Positions 1 to 10,631 of a stretch of DNA of 64,000 nucleotides are shown in pieces; position 1 is the stretch's first letter, and the number at the start of each line of letters is the position of its first letter. The translations under genes and the position numbers were made by a program. The stretch comes from an uncultured Lachnospira sp. (GTDB taxonomy: Bacteria > Bacillota > Clostridia > Lachnospirales > Lachnospiraceae). The DNA is taken from assembly GCA_910589305.1 (NCBI GenBank), contig CAJUTV010000004.1:136299-200298 (forward strand), read 5' to 3'. The notes under the pieces are model-generated. The model was not told the origin of the DNA and searched no databases. It saw only the letters and a program-made list of their open reading frames with translations.

Positions 1-306
1 AAAAGGTTTATCATGTATTATAATACATTGGGACCAATGGCAGTTTTTTTAAATCTTGCTGGAAATGTTTTGGCATTTATGCCGCTAGGCTTTTTTTTGC
101 CATCCGTATCTGGACATAAAATGGGATTTTGGAGCATATTATGTACATCTTGTGCATTAAGCGTAGCAATAGAGTTAGTCCAGCTTATAACGAAAGTGGG
201 TTCATGTGATGTGGATGACGTTATATTAAATACATTGGGAGGAGTTTTAGGATATCTAGTATACAAATTATATAAGTTTTTTATAAGAAGTAAGAATGAG
301 GTTTGA
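1..306 (+). CDS. VanZ family membrane protein (5'-truncated by window edge)
   Basis: NLAGNVLAFMPLG, IELVQL and GSCDVDDVILNTLGG are VanZ-like motifs; frame is open back to base 1. Confidence 0.8.
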   Translation, partial: KRFIMYYNTLGPMAVFLNLAGNVLAFMPLGFFLPSVSGHKMGFWSILCTSCALSVAIELVQLITKVGSCDVDDVILNTLGGVLGYLVYKLYKFFIRSKNEV

Positions 307-308
307 AC

Positions 309-629
309 ATGAAATTGTTTAACAGATACAAATTTTCAGATAAAAGTCAGACGTTGGGAGGAGTTATATCCACATTGATGGGTATAGCTTCTCTTTGTTG
401 TCTCGTTTATGGTGTATATATGTCTTTTACAAAAGGAGGAGCGGCAGGCTTAGAAGTTGGAGGATTTGGACTGCTTGCGCTGATGTTATCTGTAATTGGT
501 ACAGTGATGGGATTGCTTAGTTTTAAAGAAGACAATAAGTTTTATACACTCTCAAAGATTGGTTCGTTGCTGTGCGGGATTCTTACAATATTTATGATTT
601 CTGTATTGATTATGGGCTTGGGGTTTTAA
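309..629 (+). CDS. Small three-TM membrane protein (DUF6142-like)
   Basis: RYKFSDK N-terminus followed by three hydrophobic helices; follows the VanZ gene. Confidence 0.6.
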   Translation: MKLFNRYKFSDKSQTLGGVISTLMGIASLCCLVYGVYMSFTKGGAAGLEVGGFGLLALMLSVIGTVMGLLSFKEDNKFYTLSKIGSLLCGILTIFMISVLIMGLGF

Positions 630-696
630 CCGCATCAAGGAAGTTTGACGCTTCAATATTGTAGAGCTATAAGCAGGAGATGAAGACTTGCTTGTT
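626..696 (+). repeat. Degenerate copy of TTAAC-bounded dispersed hairpin element
   Basis: ttaaccgcatcaaggaag...cttcaat...ataagc...gacttgcttgtt aligns with 3439-3510. Confidence 0.75.
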
Positions 697-739
697 GACC
701 TATCATTGAGATTAAAATTTGGAAAGGCGTGGTTTGGTG

Positions 740-2818
740 ATGTTTGAAGATAATTTAAAAGAACGGTATGAATTGGCTGTTGACCGAATAAAAAGAATAA
801 AAGTGGAATGTGAAAGTGCAGAGTGTCCATTGTCTGCGGATACTGCCTGTTATTTTAAAAAGGTTTCTTTTTTTCTTGAGCGTTGTGTAGAGTGGTCGCA
901 ATGGATTGAAAAAGGTGGACATAAAAAAGATAGTCTTGAACAATTGCAGGCGGTCAATTATCAGATGTATGAAGATATACTTGTGGGGCATTATGATAAG
1001 AGCTATGCAAATCCTTCCTATGCAGTAAGCATTTTTGGCACAGAAATGGGACAGCTTTTATCTTTTCTTTATGTAGAATTAAGAAGTATTCTTGTGATGA
1101 CTTTTGAGAACAGAGTGGGAGAAATTACATCTCTGTTTGAGTTATTTATCGAAATATATTGCTGTTTTTTCGATGGAAATCCATCGTATCAAGAATTAAA
1201 GGATATGATATATTGGTATGTCAGTGATTACAGTGATGAATATATCGAGTATCGAGTGCGCGAGCAAATAGACCCATCTTTTAATTTTGCCACCAATATT
1301 ATAATGAATGAAGACTTGTCTGATGTACGTTATCTTTATCAGTTTGGTGAGTATATTACAGACAATGAAATAAAGACAGCACAGTATCTAAGTCGTTTAT
1401 CCGAAGAAAACATACAGGCGATGGCATATACATTTACAGAAGGATACAGAAAAGGGTTTGAGTTGGGAAATAAAGATATCACCAAGAAGAAAATCGTTAA
1501 TATCCGATATTGTTTAGGTTTTGAGAGGCTTGTACGGGAAGAGATAAAACAGTTTAAGGAAATGGGACTTGACACAACCATATATAGGGCAGCGGTCAAT
1601 ACAATTAATAAGCGTATGCACATTAAAGTGGGGTATTATGCTACTAGTCCAAACAGGCAGATGGAGTATGACCATCGTTTTGACAGTGCTTTATATATGG
1701 ACAGTGCTTTTGTTGAGCGAAAATTGGGTGCATTAAAATTGGCTTATGAAAAATATGCTCATTTAGCAGGCGTATTTGGCGGACCTGCTGTGATGGAAGT
1801 ATTTGGCGAAACACCTTTTGAACCGATAGACAAACCAGAAAATATACAGTTTAGTGAAAAACAGCAAAAACTTTCTGTACGATATGACAATGAGTCCTCA
1901 AATATTGTCAATCAGTATATTAAGGGTGAGGAGAGAAGTTTTACAATTATTGCTTATCCAGTACCAGACATTGGCAAAAAATTTGAGCAAATATTTGATG
2001 AAGTGGTCAAGATTAATACATTAGATTATGAAGTATACAAAGAGATTCAACAGCATATCATTGATGTCCTAGATGGTTCAGATTATGTAGAAATCAAAGG
2101 ATGCGGCAACAATAGCACAGATATGAAAGTGCGCATGATGGCGATTCAAAATCCAGAAAAAGAGACCATTTTTGAAAATTGTGTTGCAGATGTCAACATT
2201 CCGTTGGGGGAAGTCTTTACCTCACCAGTGCTTGAAGGCACACAGGGTATTCTTCATGTCCGTAAAGTATATTTGAATGATTTATTATTTAAAGAATTGA
2301 AAGTATATTTTAAAGATGGAATGATAACCGATTATACGTGTGAAAATTTTGAAGATGAAGAAAAAAATAAAGCATTTTTTAGACAGAATGTATTGTATAA
2401 TCAAACATCACTGCCGCTTGGAGAGTTTGCAATCGGCACCAATACGACGGCTTATGTGATGGCTAATAAATATGATATTGTCAGCAAGCTGCCGATATTA
2501 ATCGTTGAAAAGATGGGACCACATTTTGCAGTGGGTGATACATGTTATTCAAGAGCAGAAGATGTGACCGTGTATAATCCTGATGGAAAGGAAATTATAT
2601 CAAGAGATAATGAAATTTCTATATTAAGAAAGACACAGCCCGATAAAGCATATTTTAACTGTCATACGGATATTACCATACCATATGATGAGATTGGGCG
2701 AATATCTGCTGTAAAAAATAATGGAGAGCGAATGGATATTATTAAAGATGGACGATTTGTACTTGAAGGCTGTGAGGAGTTAAACAAACCATTTGACGAT
2801 TATGGTAAAACAAAGTAA
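740..2818 (+). CDS. Aminopeptidase, peptidase M29 family with long N-terminal extension
   Basis: NIPLGEVFTSP, LGEFAIGTN, EKMGPHFAVG and HTDI motifs. Confidence 0.8.
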   Translation: MFEDNLKERYELAVDRIKRIKVECESAECPLSADTACYFKKVSFFLERCVEWSQWIEKGGHKKDSLEQLQAVNYQMYEDILVGHYDKSYANPSYAVSIFGTEMGQLLSFLYVELRSILVMTFENRVGEITSLFELFIEIYCCFFDGNPSYQELKDMIYWYVSDYSDEYIEYRVREQIDPSFNFATNIIMNEDLSDVRYLYQFGEYITDNEIKTAQYLSRLSEENIQAMAYTFTEGYRKGFELGNKDITKKKIVNIRYCLGFERLVREEIKQFKEMGLDTTIYRAAVNTINKRMHIKVGYYATSPNRQMEYDHRFDSALYMDSAFVERKLGALKLAYEKYAHLAGVFGGPAVMEVFGETPFEPIDKPENIQFSEKQQKLSVRYDNESSNIVNQYIKGEERSFTIIAYPVPDIGKKFEQIFDEVVKINTLDYEVYKEIQQHIIDVLDGSDYVEIKGCGNNSTDMKVRMMAIQNPEKETIFENCVADVNIPLGEVFTSPVLEGTQGILHVRKVYLNDLLFKELKVYFKDGMITDYTCENFEDEEKNKAFFRQNVLYNQTSLPLGEFAIGTNTTAYVMANKYDIVSKLPILIVEKMGPHFAVGDTCYSRAEDVTVYNPDGKEIISRDNEISILRKTQPDKAYFNCHTDITIPYDEIGRISAVKNNGERMDIIKDGRFVLEGCEELNKPFDDYGKTK

Positions 2819-2912
2819 AATAGGTCTGTATAATTTAGTGTTAGAATGAGTTGAAAAACCACAGCGTTTTTAACCTCAAATTTAGAGTAAAGTGTTACAG
2901 AATGGAGGAAAT

Positions 2913-3416
2913 ATGGCACAAGTTGGAATTGTTATGGGCAGTGATTCGGATATGCCTGTTATGGCAAAGGCGGCAGATATATTAGAGGAATTGGGTATTT
3001 CTTATGAGATGAGAATTATATCTGCACACAGGGAACCAGATATATTTTTTGAGTATGCAAAAAATGCAGAGAGCAGCGGCGTGAAAGTTATTATAGCAGG
3101 AGCAGGTATGGCGGCACATTTGCCAGGAATGTGTGCGGCGATATTTCCAATGCCTGTTATCGGAATACCAATGCACACCACTTCACTTGGCGGCAGAGAT
3201 TCTTTGTATTCGATTGTTCAGATGCCTAGCGGAATACCTGTTGCAACGGTTGCAATTAACGGTGGTGCCAATGCAGGGCTTTTAGCTGCAAAAATACTTG
3301 CAACATCTGATGCAAAACTTCTTGAAAAGTTAAAAGCGTATAGCGAATCATTAAAAATGAGCGTTCAGAAAAAAGATGAAAAGCTGCAGGAAGTAGGATA
3401 TAAGAATTATAATTAG
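2913..3416 (+). CDS. purE: N5-carboxyaminoimidazole ribonucleotide mutase
   Basis: MGSDSD, SAHR, AGAGMAAHLPG, SIVQMPSGIPVATV; GGAGG RBS before ATG 2913. Confidence 0.97.
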   Translation: MAQVGIVMGSDSDMPVMAKAADILEELGISYEMRIISAHREPDIFFEYAKNAESSGVKVIIAGAGMAAHLPGMCAAIFPMPVIGIPMHTTSLGGRDSLYSIVQMPSGIPVATVAINGGANAGLLAAKILATSDAKLLEKLKAYSESLKMSVQKKDEKLQEVGYKNYN

Positions 3417-3782
3417 ATAATTATGAAACTTCAATTTTTTAACCTCATCAAGGAAGTCCCCCCCACTTCAATGCTGCAAAGGCATAAGTGGGGGTGGGGA
3501 CTTGCTTGTTTCAGTGGGAGTATAAGCTCCCACTGAAAAGCTACGATAGTAGCTATGAGGTTATGAGCAAGTAGCGTAGCGGATTGCGAATATCCGCTTA
3601 ACTGTATGTTACGCAAAATAAACAATTCATCGAAAGCACGCTTGCGCTACTTGTTGCTCGTAACAGCATATAAGTCGCCAAAATACGGCGACTAAGTGCT
3701 GACGGCAACAAAAGTGCTTGTCTTATGAATTTGTTTATTTTGCCAATTTACACCTTGAAATAAGTAGTTTCGCAATTATTTA
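3414..3782. repeat. Long imperfect palindromic element (REPIN/MITE-like) interrupted by a second element
   Basis: Outer arms tagataattatgaaact / agtttcgcaattattta; inner arms gcaaaataaacaattcat / atgaatttgtttattttgc; apex agtcgcc-aaaatac-ggcgact. Confidence 0.75.
3439..3602 (+). mobile_element. Non-autonomous TTAAC-bounded hairpin element, longest copy
   Basis: Starts ttaacctcatcaaggaagtcccc, ends gcggattgcgaatatccgcttaac; near-identical segments at 18846-18980, 13661-13691, 45784-45844 and 59122-59188. Confidence 0.8.
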
Positions 3783-3818
3783 AAAAATTATAGGAATTAA
3801 AAGGAGTAGTATAACATT

Positions 3819-4844
3819 ATGGATTATAAAAAAGCTGGCGTGGATATTGAGGCAGGATATAAGTCTGTGGAATTGATGAAACAGCATATTGCAAAGACGA
3901 TGAGACCAGAAGTGCTTGGCGGTATTGGCGGATTTTCAGGTGCGTTTTCAATGGAAAAGTTTAAGGATATGGAAAAGCCTACCTTAGTTTCAGGAACAGA
4001 CGGAGTAGGTACAAAATTAAAGCTTGCATTTACAATGGACAAACATGATACGGTTGGTATTGACTGTGTTGCGATGTGTGTAAACGATATTGCATGTGCA
4101 GGCGGTGAACCATTGTTTTTCCTGGATTACATTGCATGTGGAAAAAATGAACCAGAAAAAATTGCAACGATTGTAAAAGGTGTTGCAGAGGGGTGTGTTC
4201 AGTCCGAATGTGCTTTGATTGGCGGAGAGACAGCCGAGATGCCAGGATTTTATCCTATTGAGGAATACGACCTTGCCGGTTTTGCAGTTGGCGTTGTCGA
4301 TGAAAAAGATTTGATAACAGGTAAAGATATTGCGGCAGGTGATACACTTATCGGTATTGCTTCAAGCGGTATACACAGCAATGGATTTTCTCTTGTTAGA
4401 AGCGTATTTACGATTACGGAAGAATCCTTAAATACATATTATGATTCGCTTGGCAAGACACTTGGCGAAGCATTGATTGCACCGACAAAAATTTATGTAA
4501 AGACGCTTAAAGAGATAAAAAAAGCAGGTGTTCGCATAAAGGGATGCAGTCATATTACAGGCGGTGGTTTTTATGAAAATATACCTAGAATGCTGCCTGA
4601 AAATGTCTGTGCAGTAATAAAAAAAGACAGCTATGCAATTCCGCCTATTTTTCAAATGCTTGCAAAAGATGGCGATATTGATGAAAAAATGATGTATAAT
4701 ACATTTAATATGGGTATTGGTATGGTTGTTGCCATTTCGCCAAGTGATGCAGATAAGGTGCTTGAAGCGATTGCGGCAGCAGGTGAGACAGGATATGTTA
4801 TAGGACATGTTGAAGCTGGACAGAAAGGGGTTTCATTATGCTAA
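3819..4844 (+). CDS. purM: Phosphoribosylformylglycinamidine cyclo-ligase
   Basis: [44 protein letters not shown]. Confidence 0.97.
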   Translation: MDYKKAGVDIEAGYKSVELMKQHIAKTMRPEVLGGIGGFSGAFSMEKFKDMEKPTLVSGTDGVGTKLKLAFTMDKHDTVGIDCVAMCVNDIACAGGEPLFFLDYIACGKNEPEKIATIVKGVAEGCVQSECALIGGETAEMPGFYPIEEYDLAGFAVGVVDEKDLITGKDIAAGDTLIGIASSGIHSNGFSLVRSVFTITEESLNTYYDSLGKTLGEALIAPTKIYVKTLKEIKKAGVRIKGCSHITGGGFYENIPRMLPENVCAVIKKDSYAIPPIFQMLAKDGDIDEKMMYNTFNMGIGMVVAISPSDADKVLEAIAAAGETGYVIGHVEAGQKGVSLC

Positions 4845-5434
4845 AAATTGCTGTGATGGTCTCAGGAGGAGGAACAAATCTTCAGACAATTATTGACGGT
4901 ATAGATAATGGTACGATTACCAATACGCAAATTGTTGCAGTTATCAGTAATAATAACGATGCATATGCACTTACAAGAGCAAAGGAGCATGGAATAACTG
5001 CTCTTTGTATCTCTCCAAAGTCTTACGATACAAGAGAGGCATTTAATGAAGCCTTATTAAATGAAGTGAATAAACTTCAGGTGGATTTAATTGTTCTGGC
5101 TGGATATCTTGTAAAGGTTCCAGAGGCAATGGTACATGCGTACTCCCATAGGATTATTAATATTCACCCTTCGTTGATACCTTCTTTTTGTGGTGTTGGA
5201 TTTTATGGACTTCACGTGCATGAGGCTGTGTTGGAAAAAGGCGTTAAGGTTACGGGCGCAACGGTACACTATGTAGATGAAGGTATGGATACAGGTGAAA
5301 TTATTTATCAAAAAGCTGTTGAAGTATGTGAAGGTGATACACCTGAAATTTTGCAAAAAAGAGTGATGGAACAGGCAGAGTGGAAACTGCTTCCTGCTGC
5401 TATCAATATGATTGCAAATCAAAGCAAATTATAA
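4838..5434 (+). CDS. purN: Phosphoribosylglycinamide formyltransferase
   Basis: [31 protein letters not shown]. Confidence 0.96.
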   Translation: MLKIAVMVSGGGTNLQTIIDGIDNGTITNTQIVAVISNNNDAYALTRAKEHGITALCISPKSYDTREAFNEALLNEVNKLQVDLIVLAGYLVKVPEAMVHAYSHRIINIHPSLIPSFCGVGFYGLHVHEAVLEKGVKVTGATVHYVDEGMDTGEIIYQKAVEVCEGDTPEILQKRVMEQAEWKLLPAAINMIANQSKL

Positions 5435-5547
5435 TTGCACATGAAAAAAATATTTAGTTCTTTGTGCAAAAGTAATATAAAAATAAAGAAAAGTAAAATA
5501 AATACACAAATAAAGAAGTGTAGAAGCGGCACAGAAATGAGGAAATT

Positions 5548-6828
5548 ATGAAGGTTTTAGTAGTGGGCAGTGGCGGTCGTGAACATGCTATCTGTTGGAA
5601 AATATCAAAAAGCGATAAGGTAGACAAGATTTATTGTGCACCAGGCAATGCAGGAATTGCACAGGTTGCAGAATGTGTGGATATTGGAGCAATGGATTTT
5701 GACGGGCTTGTAGGCTTTGCCAAAGATAAGAATATTGATTTGACTGTTGTAGGAATGGATGACCCTCTTGTTGGTGGTATTGTTGATGCATTTGAAAAAG
5801 AGGGATTACGCGTTTTTGGACCTCGAAAAAATGCGGCTATACTAGAAGGTTCTAAGGCATTTTCTAAGGACTTGATGAAAAAATATAATATACCAACAGC
5901 GGCATATGAAACGTTTACAGATGTAGATAAGGCGAAGGCATACCTTGAGGCAGCAACATTTCCTATTGCTATAAAGGCAGATGGCTTAGCGCTTGGCAAG
6001 GGCGTTTTCTTATGTGAAGATTTAGAACAAGCCAGTGAAGCCGTTGATGAGTTGATGCTCAATAAAATGTTTGGCGATTCAGGAAATACAATTGTAATAG
6101 AAGAATTTATGACAGGTCGTGAAGTTTCTGTTCTTTCTTTTGTTGATGGCGATACAATTAAGATTATGTCATCAGCAATGGACCATAAGAGAGCGTACAA
6201 TGGAGATATGGGACCAAATACAGGCGGTATGGGCAATATATCACCAAATCCATTTTATACAAAGGAGATTGACGAGTATTGTCAAAAGCATATATATCAG
6301 GCGACAGTCGATGCGATGAAAGCAGAAAACAGACCATTTAAGGGTGTTATCTTTTTTGGGCTTATGCTTACAGAAAATGGTCCAAAGGTACTTGAGTATA
6401 ATGCGCGTTTTGGAGACCCAGAAGCACAGGTTGTATTGCCAAGAATGAAAAATGATATTATTGATGTTTTTGAGGCTTGTATTGATGGAACACTAGATAA
6501 GATAGACCTTCAATTTGAGGATAACGCATGTATGTGTGTTGTGTTGGCTTCCGACGGATATCCAATTGAGTATAAAAAAGGATATGAGCTTTTTGGACAA
6601 GAAAACTTTGAAGGAAAAGATGATTATTTTCTGTTCCATGCAGGTACAAAATTTGACAGTGATGGAAAAGTAGTGACAAACGGAGGTCGAGTTGTTGCAG
6701 TTACAGCACTTGGCAAGGATTTACAGGAAGCTCGAAGAAAGGCATATGAGGCAACCGAGTGGGTACAGTTTGTCAATAAATTTATGCGTCATGATATCGG
6801 CAGAGCAATGGATGCGGTGGATATTTAA
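5548..6828 (+). CDS. purD: Phosphoribosylamine-glycine ligase
   Basis: GSGGREHA, LEGSKAFSK, KADGLALGKGV, GPNTGGMG, EYNARFGDPE. Confidence 0.97.
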   Translation: MKVLVVGSGGREHAICWKISKSDKVDKIYCAPGNAGIAQVAECVDIGAMDFDGLVGFAKDKNIDLTVVGMDDPLVGGIVDAFEKEGLRVFGPRKNAAILEGSKAFSKDLMKKYNIPTAAYETFTDVDKAKAYLEAATFPIAIKADGLALGKGVFLCEDLEQASEAVDELMLNKMFGDSGNTIVIEEFMTGREVSVLSFVDGDTIKIMSSAMDHKRAYNGDMGPNTGGMGNISPNPFYTKEIDEYCQKHIYQATVDAMKAENRPFKGVIFFGLMLTENGPKVLEYNARFGDPEAQVVLPRMKNDIIDVFEACIDGTLDKIDLQFEDNACMCVVLASDGYPIEYKKGYELFGQENFEGKDDYFLFHAGTKFDSDGKVVTNGGRVVAVTALGKDLQEARRKAYEATEWVQFVNKFMRHDIGRAMDAVDI

Positions 6829-6991
6829 CTTTATCAGAGAAGAATTAGACTTGACTGTTTAAAAAAGTTAGAAGTAAGCAGTAAAGCAGATATTCGCAAT
6901 TTGCTTAAATCCCCTAGCTGCTATCGCACCATAAATTCTCCCGCTTGTATTTTTATGATATTGAAGCAGGGGATTTACTTGATAAGGTTAA
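6825..6991. repeat. Two convergent degenerate remnants of the TTAAC element
   Basis: Plus strand ttaactttatcagagaag..gacttgactgttt; minus strand ttaaccttatcaagtaaatcccctgcttcaat...gcaaattgcgaatatctgc. Confidence 0.65.
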
Positions 6992-7024
6992 ATTTGCACA
7001 CTATGGAAAGGCATGGTTATTATT

Positions 7025-8281
7025 ATGAAAATTACATCAGTAAAAGGAACGAATGATTATCTTCCAAACGAGGTAGAAATAAGGGATTATCTTATCAATA
7101 AGATACTTGACGTATATAAAATTAATGGATTTGAGCATATTATGACACCTGCTGTTGAAGATATAGAAAATCTTAATAAAAGTGACGGCGGAGAAAATCT
7201 AAATCTTATTTTTAAAATTCTTAAGCGCGGCGATAAGCTGAACAAGGCATTATCTTCTGGTAATATTACAGATGAAAATATGTTAGTTGATATGGGGTTA
7301 AGATATGATTTAACATTGCCTTTAAGCAGATACTATGCAAATAATAAAGAAAAATTGACACTGCCTATGAAATGTATACAGATTGACCGTGTATACAGAG
7401 CAGAACGTCCTCAAAAGGGACGTCTGAGAGAGTTTGTACAGTGTGATATTGATATTCTTGGCTCAAAATCAGCAGATTGTGAAGTTGAGTTAATTCTTAT
7501 TACCACAAAAGCTTTAGCTGCTATTGGCATGAAAAACTTTAAAGTAAAGGTAAATGACCGACAGATTTTAAGAGCAGTGCTTCTTTCTTTTGGTTTTAAA
7601 GAAAACGAGCTTGACAGTGTATGTATTACATTTGACAAGATGGATAAGATTGGAACGGAAGGCGTTATGCAGGAATTAAAAGATAAAGGCTTTGATGAAA
7701 AGATAATAGAAGTCTTTATCAGCTTTCTTCAAAAAGGTGATTTTACATTGGAGGCTGTCTCTGGGTTGCTTGAAGAATTGTCGCCAGTAGAAAATATAAA
7801 GTCTATTATAAATGCTGTTAAAGAGCTTTCAGATATTGATTTTGATATTGTGTTTGATTTGACCTTAGTTCGAGGTCAAGGCTATTACACAGGAACCGTA
7901 TTTGAAGTGGAAAGTGTTGATTTTAAAGGCTCTATTGCAGGCGGCGGAAGGTATGATAATCTGATTGGCAAATTTTTAAATGAAAGTGTGCCAGCAGTAG
8001 GTTTTTCAATCGGCTTTGAAAGAATTTTCTCGATTTTTATGAGCAGCAATCTATCCATTCCAGAACGACCAAAAAAGATTGCGGTGGTATATGACGAAGG
8101 AAATGTGATACAGGCAATAAAAGAGGCTGACAAGTTAAGAGAGGCAGGAAATATTGCTTCTATATATGTAAAACCAAAGAAGCTTGGAAAATTGTTAAAT
8201 CATCTGGAACAACATCAGTATGATGGCTTTCTTAATGTGGGTGTAAGTGATGAAGTGAAAATGTTTCAGGAGCAGCAATAA
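7025..8281 (+). CDS. hisS: Histidine--tRNA ligase
   Basis: LRYDLTLP, YRAERPQKGRLREFVQCDID, LVRGQGYYTG, GGGRYD, GFSIGFER. Confidence 0.93.
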   Translation: MKITSVKGTNDYLPNEVEIRDYLINKILDVYKINGFEHIMTPAVEDIENLNKSDGGENLNLIFKILKRGDKLNKALSSGNITDENMLVDMGLRYDLTLPLSRYYANNKEKLTLPMKCIQIDRVYRAERPQKGRLREFVQCDIDILGSKSADCEVELILITTKALAAIGMKNFKVKVNDRQILRAVLLSFGFKENELDSVCITFDKMDKIGTEGVMQELKDKGFDEKIIEVFISFLQKGDFTLEAVSGLLEELSPVENIKSIINAVKELSDIDFDIVFDLTLVRGQGYYTGTVFEVESVDFKGSIAGGGRYDNLIGKFLNESVPAVGFSIGFERIFSIFMSSNLSIPERPKKIAVVYDEGNVIQAIKEADKLREAGNIASIYVKPKKLGKLLNHLEQHQYDGFLNVGVSDEVKMFQEQQ

Positions 8282-8336
8282 TATAATAAATAATATTAAA
8301 ATGATTTTTATATAAATAGTAAAGATAAAGAAAATG

Positions 8337-8382
8337 AAATCTCTTTTATTAGACAACACAAGTCTAATGAAAGGGATTTTTT
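8337..8382 (+). terminator. Intrinsic terminator after hisS
   Basis: aaatctcttttattagac / gtctaatgaaagggattt stem followed by T run. Confidence 0.7.
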
Positions 8383-8429
8383 ATGTTATTGGAACGCGTT
8401 TTCCTTTTTTTATATTTATATAAAAAGGA

Positions 8430-8462
8430 TTGACAAAAACAATACTTCGTAATATGATGTAT
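8430..8462 (+). promoter_or_regulatory. Sigma-A promoter with overlapping imperfect palindrome (possible PadR operator)
   Basis: TTGACA-17 bp-TATGAT; atacttcgtaatatgatgtat dyad. Confidence 0.55.
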
Positions 8463-8482
8463 TACGTATAAGGAGGTATGAT

Positions 8483-8803
8483 ATGGATATTCAATTGAAA
8501 CGTGGTCTTTTAGATGTTTGTGTATTGGCTGCTATTAAAAGCGAAGATTCCTATGGCTACAAAATTATTAAAGATATGAAGCCGTATATTCAAATGTCTG
8601 AATCAACCTTGTACACCATTCTAAAGCGTTTAGAACTGGCAGGTATGCTGACAGTCCAAACTGCGGAGTATGGCGGCAGGCTACGAAAGTATTACCATAT
8701 TACCAATGTGGGGCTAAAACGCATTGAGGATTTCAAAGACGAGTGGAAAGAAATTATGTCCATATATCGATTTGTAACCAAGGAGGATGATGACAATGAG
8801 TAA
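8483..8803 (+). CDS. PadR family transcriptional regulator
   Basis: QLKRGLLD, SYGYKI, ESTLYTILKRLE, RKYYHIT. Confidence 0.92.
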   Translation: MDIQLKRGLLDVCVLAAIKSEDSYGYKIIKDMKPYIQMSESTLYTILKRLELAGMLTVQTAEYGGRLRKYYHITNVGLKRIEDFKDEWKEIMSIYRFVTKEDDDNE

Positions 8804-9398
8804 ACAAGAGTTTCTTGACGAGTTGAGGAAAGGATTGTCGAGCTTACCGCAAAATGACCTAGAAGAACGACTGACATTTTACAGCGAAATGATTGATGAC
8901 CGAATGGAAGAAGGTCTTACAGAAGAAGAAGCCATTTCTGAAATTGGAACAGTAAATGAAGTTCTATCGCAAATTATAGAGGAAATTCCGCTGTCTAAAC
9001 TTGTAAAGGAAAAAGTAAGACCAAAGCGAACATTGCGCGTGTGGGAAATTGTACTTTTGGTAGTGGGTTCACCTATATGGATTTCTCTTTTGATTGCCGC
9101 ATTTGCCATAATCTTTGCTGGTTATGTTGTATTATGGTCTGTAAGTGTTTCCCTGTGGGCAGTTGAGGTTTCATTAATGGCATGTTCGCTTGGCAGCATA
9201 GCATTGGCTGTGATTTTTGTTTTTCAAGGTAATGGATTTGTGGGGATTGCTATGGTTGGTGCTGCTATGTTTTGTGCGGGGTTGTCTATTTTTTTATTTT
9301 TTGGGTGCAAAGCAGTTACAAAAGGAATTTTGTTTTTGACTAAAAAGATAATTTTTGGCGTTAAATCTTTAATTCTTGGGAAGGAGGATATAAAATGA
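8796..9398 (+). CDS. DUF1700 domain membrane protein
   Basis: MSKQEFLDELRKGL..FYSEMIDD..EGLTEEEAI..G plus TM helices; typical PadR-DUF1700-DUF4097 order. Confidence 0.85.
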   Translation: MSKQEFLDELRKGLSSLPQNDLEERLTFYSEMIDDRMEEGLTEEEAISEIGTVNEVLSQIIEEIPLSKLVKEKVRPKRTLRVWEIVLLVVGSPIWISLLIAAFAIIFAGYVVLWSVSVSLWAVEVSLMACSLGSIALAVIFVFQGNGFVGIAMVGAAMFCAGLSIFLFFGCKAVTKGILFLTKKIIFGVKSLILGKEDIK

Positions 9399-10360
9399 GT
9401 AAAGCAATGAAAATATGGTTTATTATAGCGGCTTTTCTTATCGTGTTTGGGTTCATTCTTTTTGTGGGTGTGATGGCGATTTATGATTTTTATGATTTGC
9501 ATAACTTTAGCACCATGAAATATAATACAAATACTTACGAGGTAAATGGAGCGTTTGATAAAATATCAATCAATGTAGACACAACACAGATTAAATTTGT
9601 GCCATCCGATGACGAAAGCTGCAGAATTGTTTGTTTTGAGACAGAGAAGATGAAACATTCTGCTATTGTTCAGAATAACACGCTTATCATTGATATCGTT
9701 GATACTCGAAAGTGGTATGATTATATTGGCATATCAATTGGAGGACCAAAGATGACCGTATATCTGCCGCAAAATGAGTATGCATCACTTTTTATAGATA
9801 CCCATACAGGAGATATTGCTATACCCAAAGACTTTACTTTTGAAACGCTTAAAATTAACGGGAATACGGCAGATGTAGAGTGTTTGGCATCGGTTTTAGA
9901 TGGTATAGAAATTAAATTAAACACAGGCAATATCAAGATGGATAATGTTTTGGCAGGCGAGATTCGTCTTGCCTGTACAACGGGTAAAATCAATATCAAT
10001 TCTGCATCTTCTAAGGGAACTATTGAAATAGAAACAAATACTGGAGCCGTACATTTGACAGATGTTGCTTGTGCTGATTTTTCTGCAAAAAGTAAAACAG
10101 GAACGATTTTATTAAAGAATGTTGTTGCTTCTAACTGTTTTTGTATTGAAAATAATATAGGTGATGTGCGATTTGAAAACAGCGATGCAGCGCAGATTTC
10201 TGTCAAAACAAGCACAGGTGATGTCACAGGCACATTGCTTTCTGAAAAAGTATTTATAACAGAGACGTCAACAGGAACTATCCGTGTGCCAAAAACGATA
10301 ACAGGCGGCAAATGTGAGATTACAACCAGTACAGGTAATATTAAAATAGATATAAAGTAA
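9395..10360 (+). CDS. DUF4097 family beta-strand repeat protein
   Basis: N-terminal TM helix and many (T/S)xTGxI repeats. Confidence 0.85.
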   Translation: MSKAMKIWFIIAAFLIVFGFILFVGVMAIYDFYDLHNFSTMKYNTNTYEVNGAFDKISINVDTTQIKFVPSDDESCRIVCFETEKMKHSAIVQNNTLIIDIVDTRKWYDYIGISIGGPKMTVYLPQNEYASLFIDTHTGDIAIPKDFTFETLKINGNTADVECLASVLDGIEIKLNTGNIKMDNVLAGEIRLACTTGKININSASSKGTIEIETNTGAVHLTDVACADFSAKSKTGTILLKNVVASNCFCIENNIGDVRFENSDAAQISVKTSTGDVTGTLLSEKVFITETSTGTIRVPKTITGGKCEITTSTGNIKIDIK

Positions 10361-10416
10361 TGTTTCTTGAAACGGTAAGTTTTAGAAAATTTGCTAAAGA
10401 TATTACAGAAGAAAAT

Positions 10417-10438
10417 AGGTAGTATAAAAGGTAGTATA
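10417..10438. promoter_or_regulatory. Tandem AGGTAGTATA boxes upstream of motA
   Basis: aggtagtata at 10417 and 10429; same motif recurs at 11554-11831. Confidence 0.55.
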
Positions 10439-10631
10439 TAAATTATACCCTAAATAGCATGACGTAGAATATGCAGGTTTTCCTTTTTATGATACATTCT
10501 TTTTAGCAATGAGCAAAGTAAAGTTATAGTGTAAGTGTATTCGTTTTGTGATATTTTTTCTATATAAAACGATAAGCTTTCTATGAAATGAACAAGCTGA
10601 AAAAATGGTTGATAAGAATGGAGGAGTTGCT

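Noticed and set aside
2819..2912. Purine or ZTP riboswitch upstream of purE
   Set aside because: Only a weak hairpin; conserved aptamer nucleotides not recognisable
3431..3625. 64-aa minus-strand ORF, and similar ORFs at 552-830 and 13662-14075
   Set aside because: They read through the non-coding repeat element or lie antisense to real genes; no RBS or protein motifs
5631..6236. Long antisense ORFs (also 9721-10311, 15362-15835, 28210-28590, 30932-31459)
   Set aside because: Shadow frames opposite well-supported genes
720..7018. Shared tggaaaggc(g/a)tggtt before the aminopeptidase and hisS genes
   Set aside because: Only two copies and largely explained by Shine-Dalgarno-like sequence
6830..7020. 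T-box leader for hisS (also checked upstream of leuS and tyrA)
   Set aside because: No T-box GGTGG-ACC motif or antiterminator; the space is taken by repeat remnants
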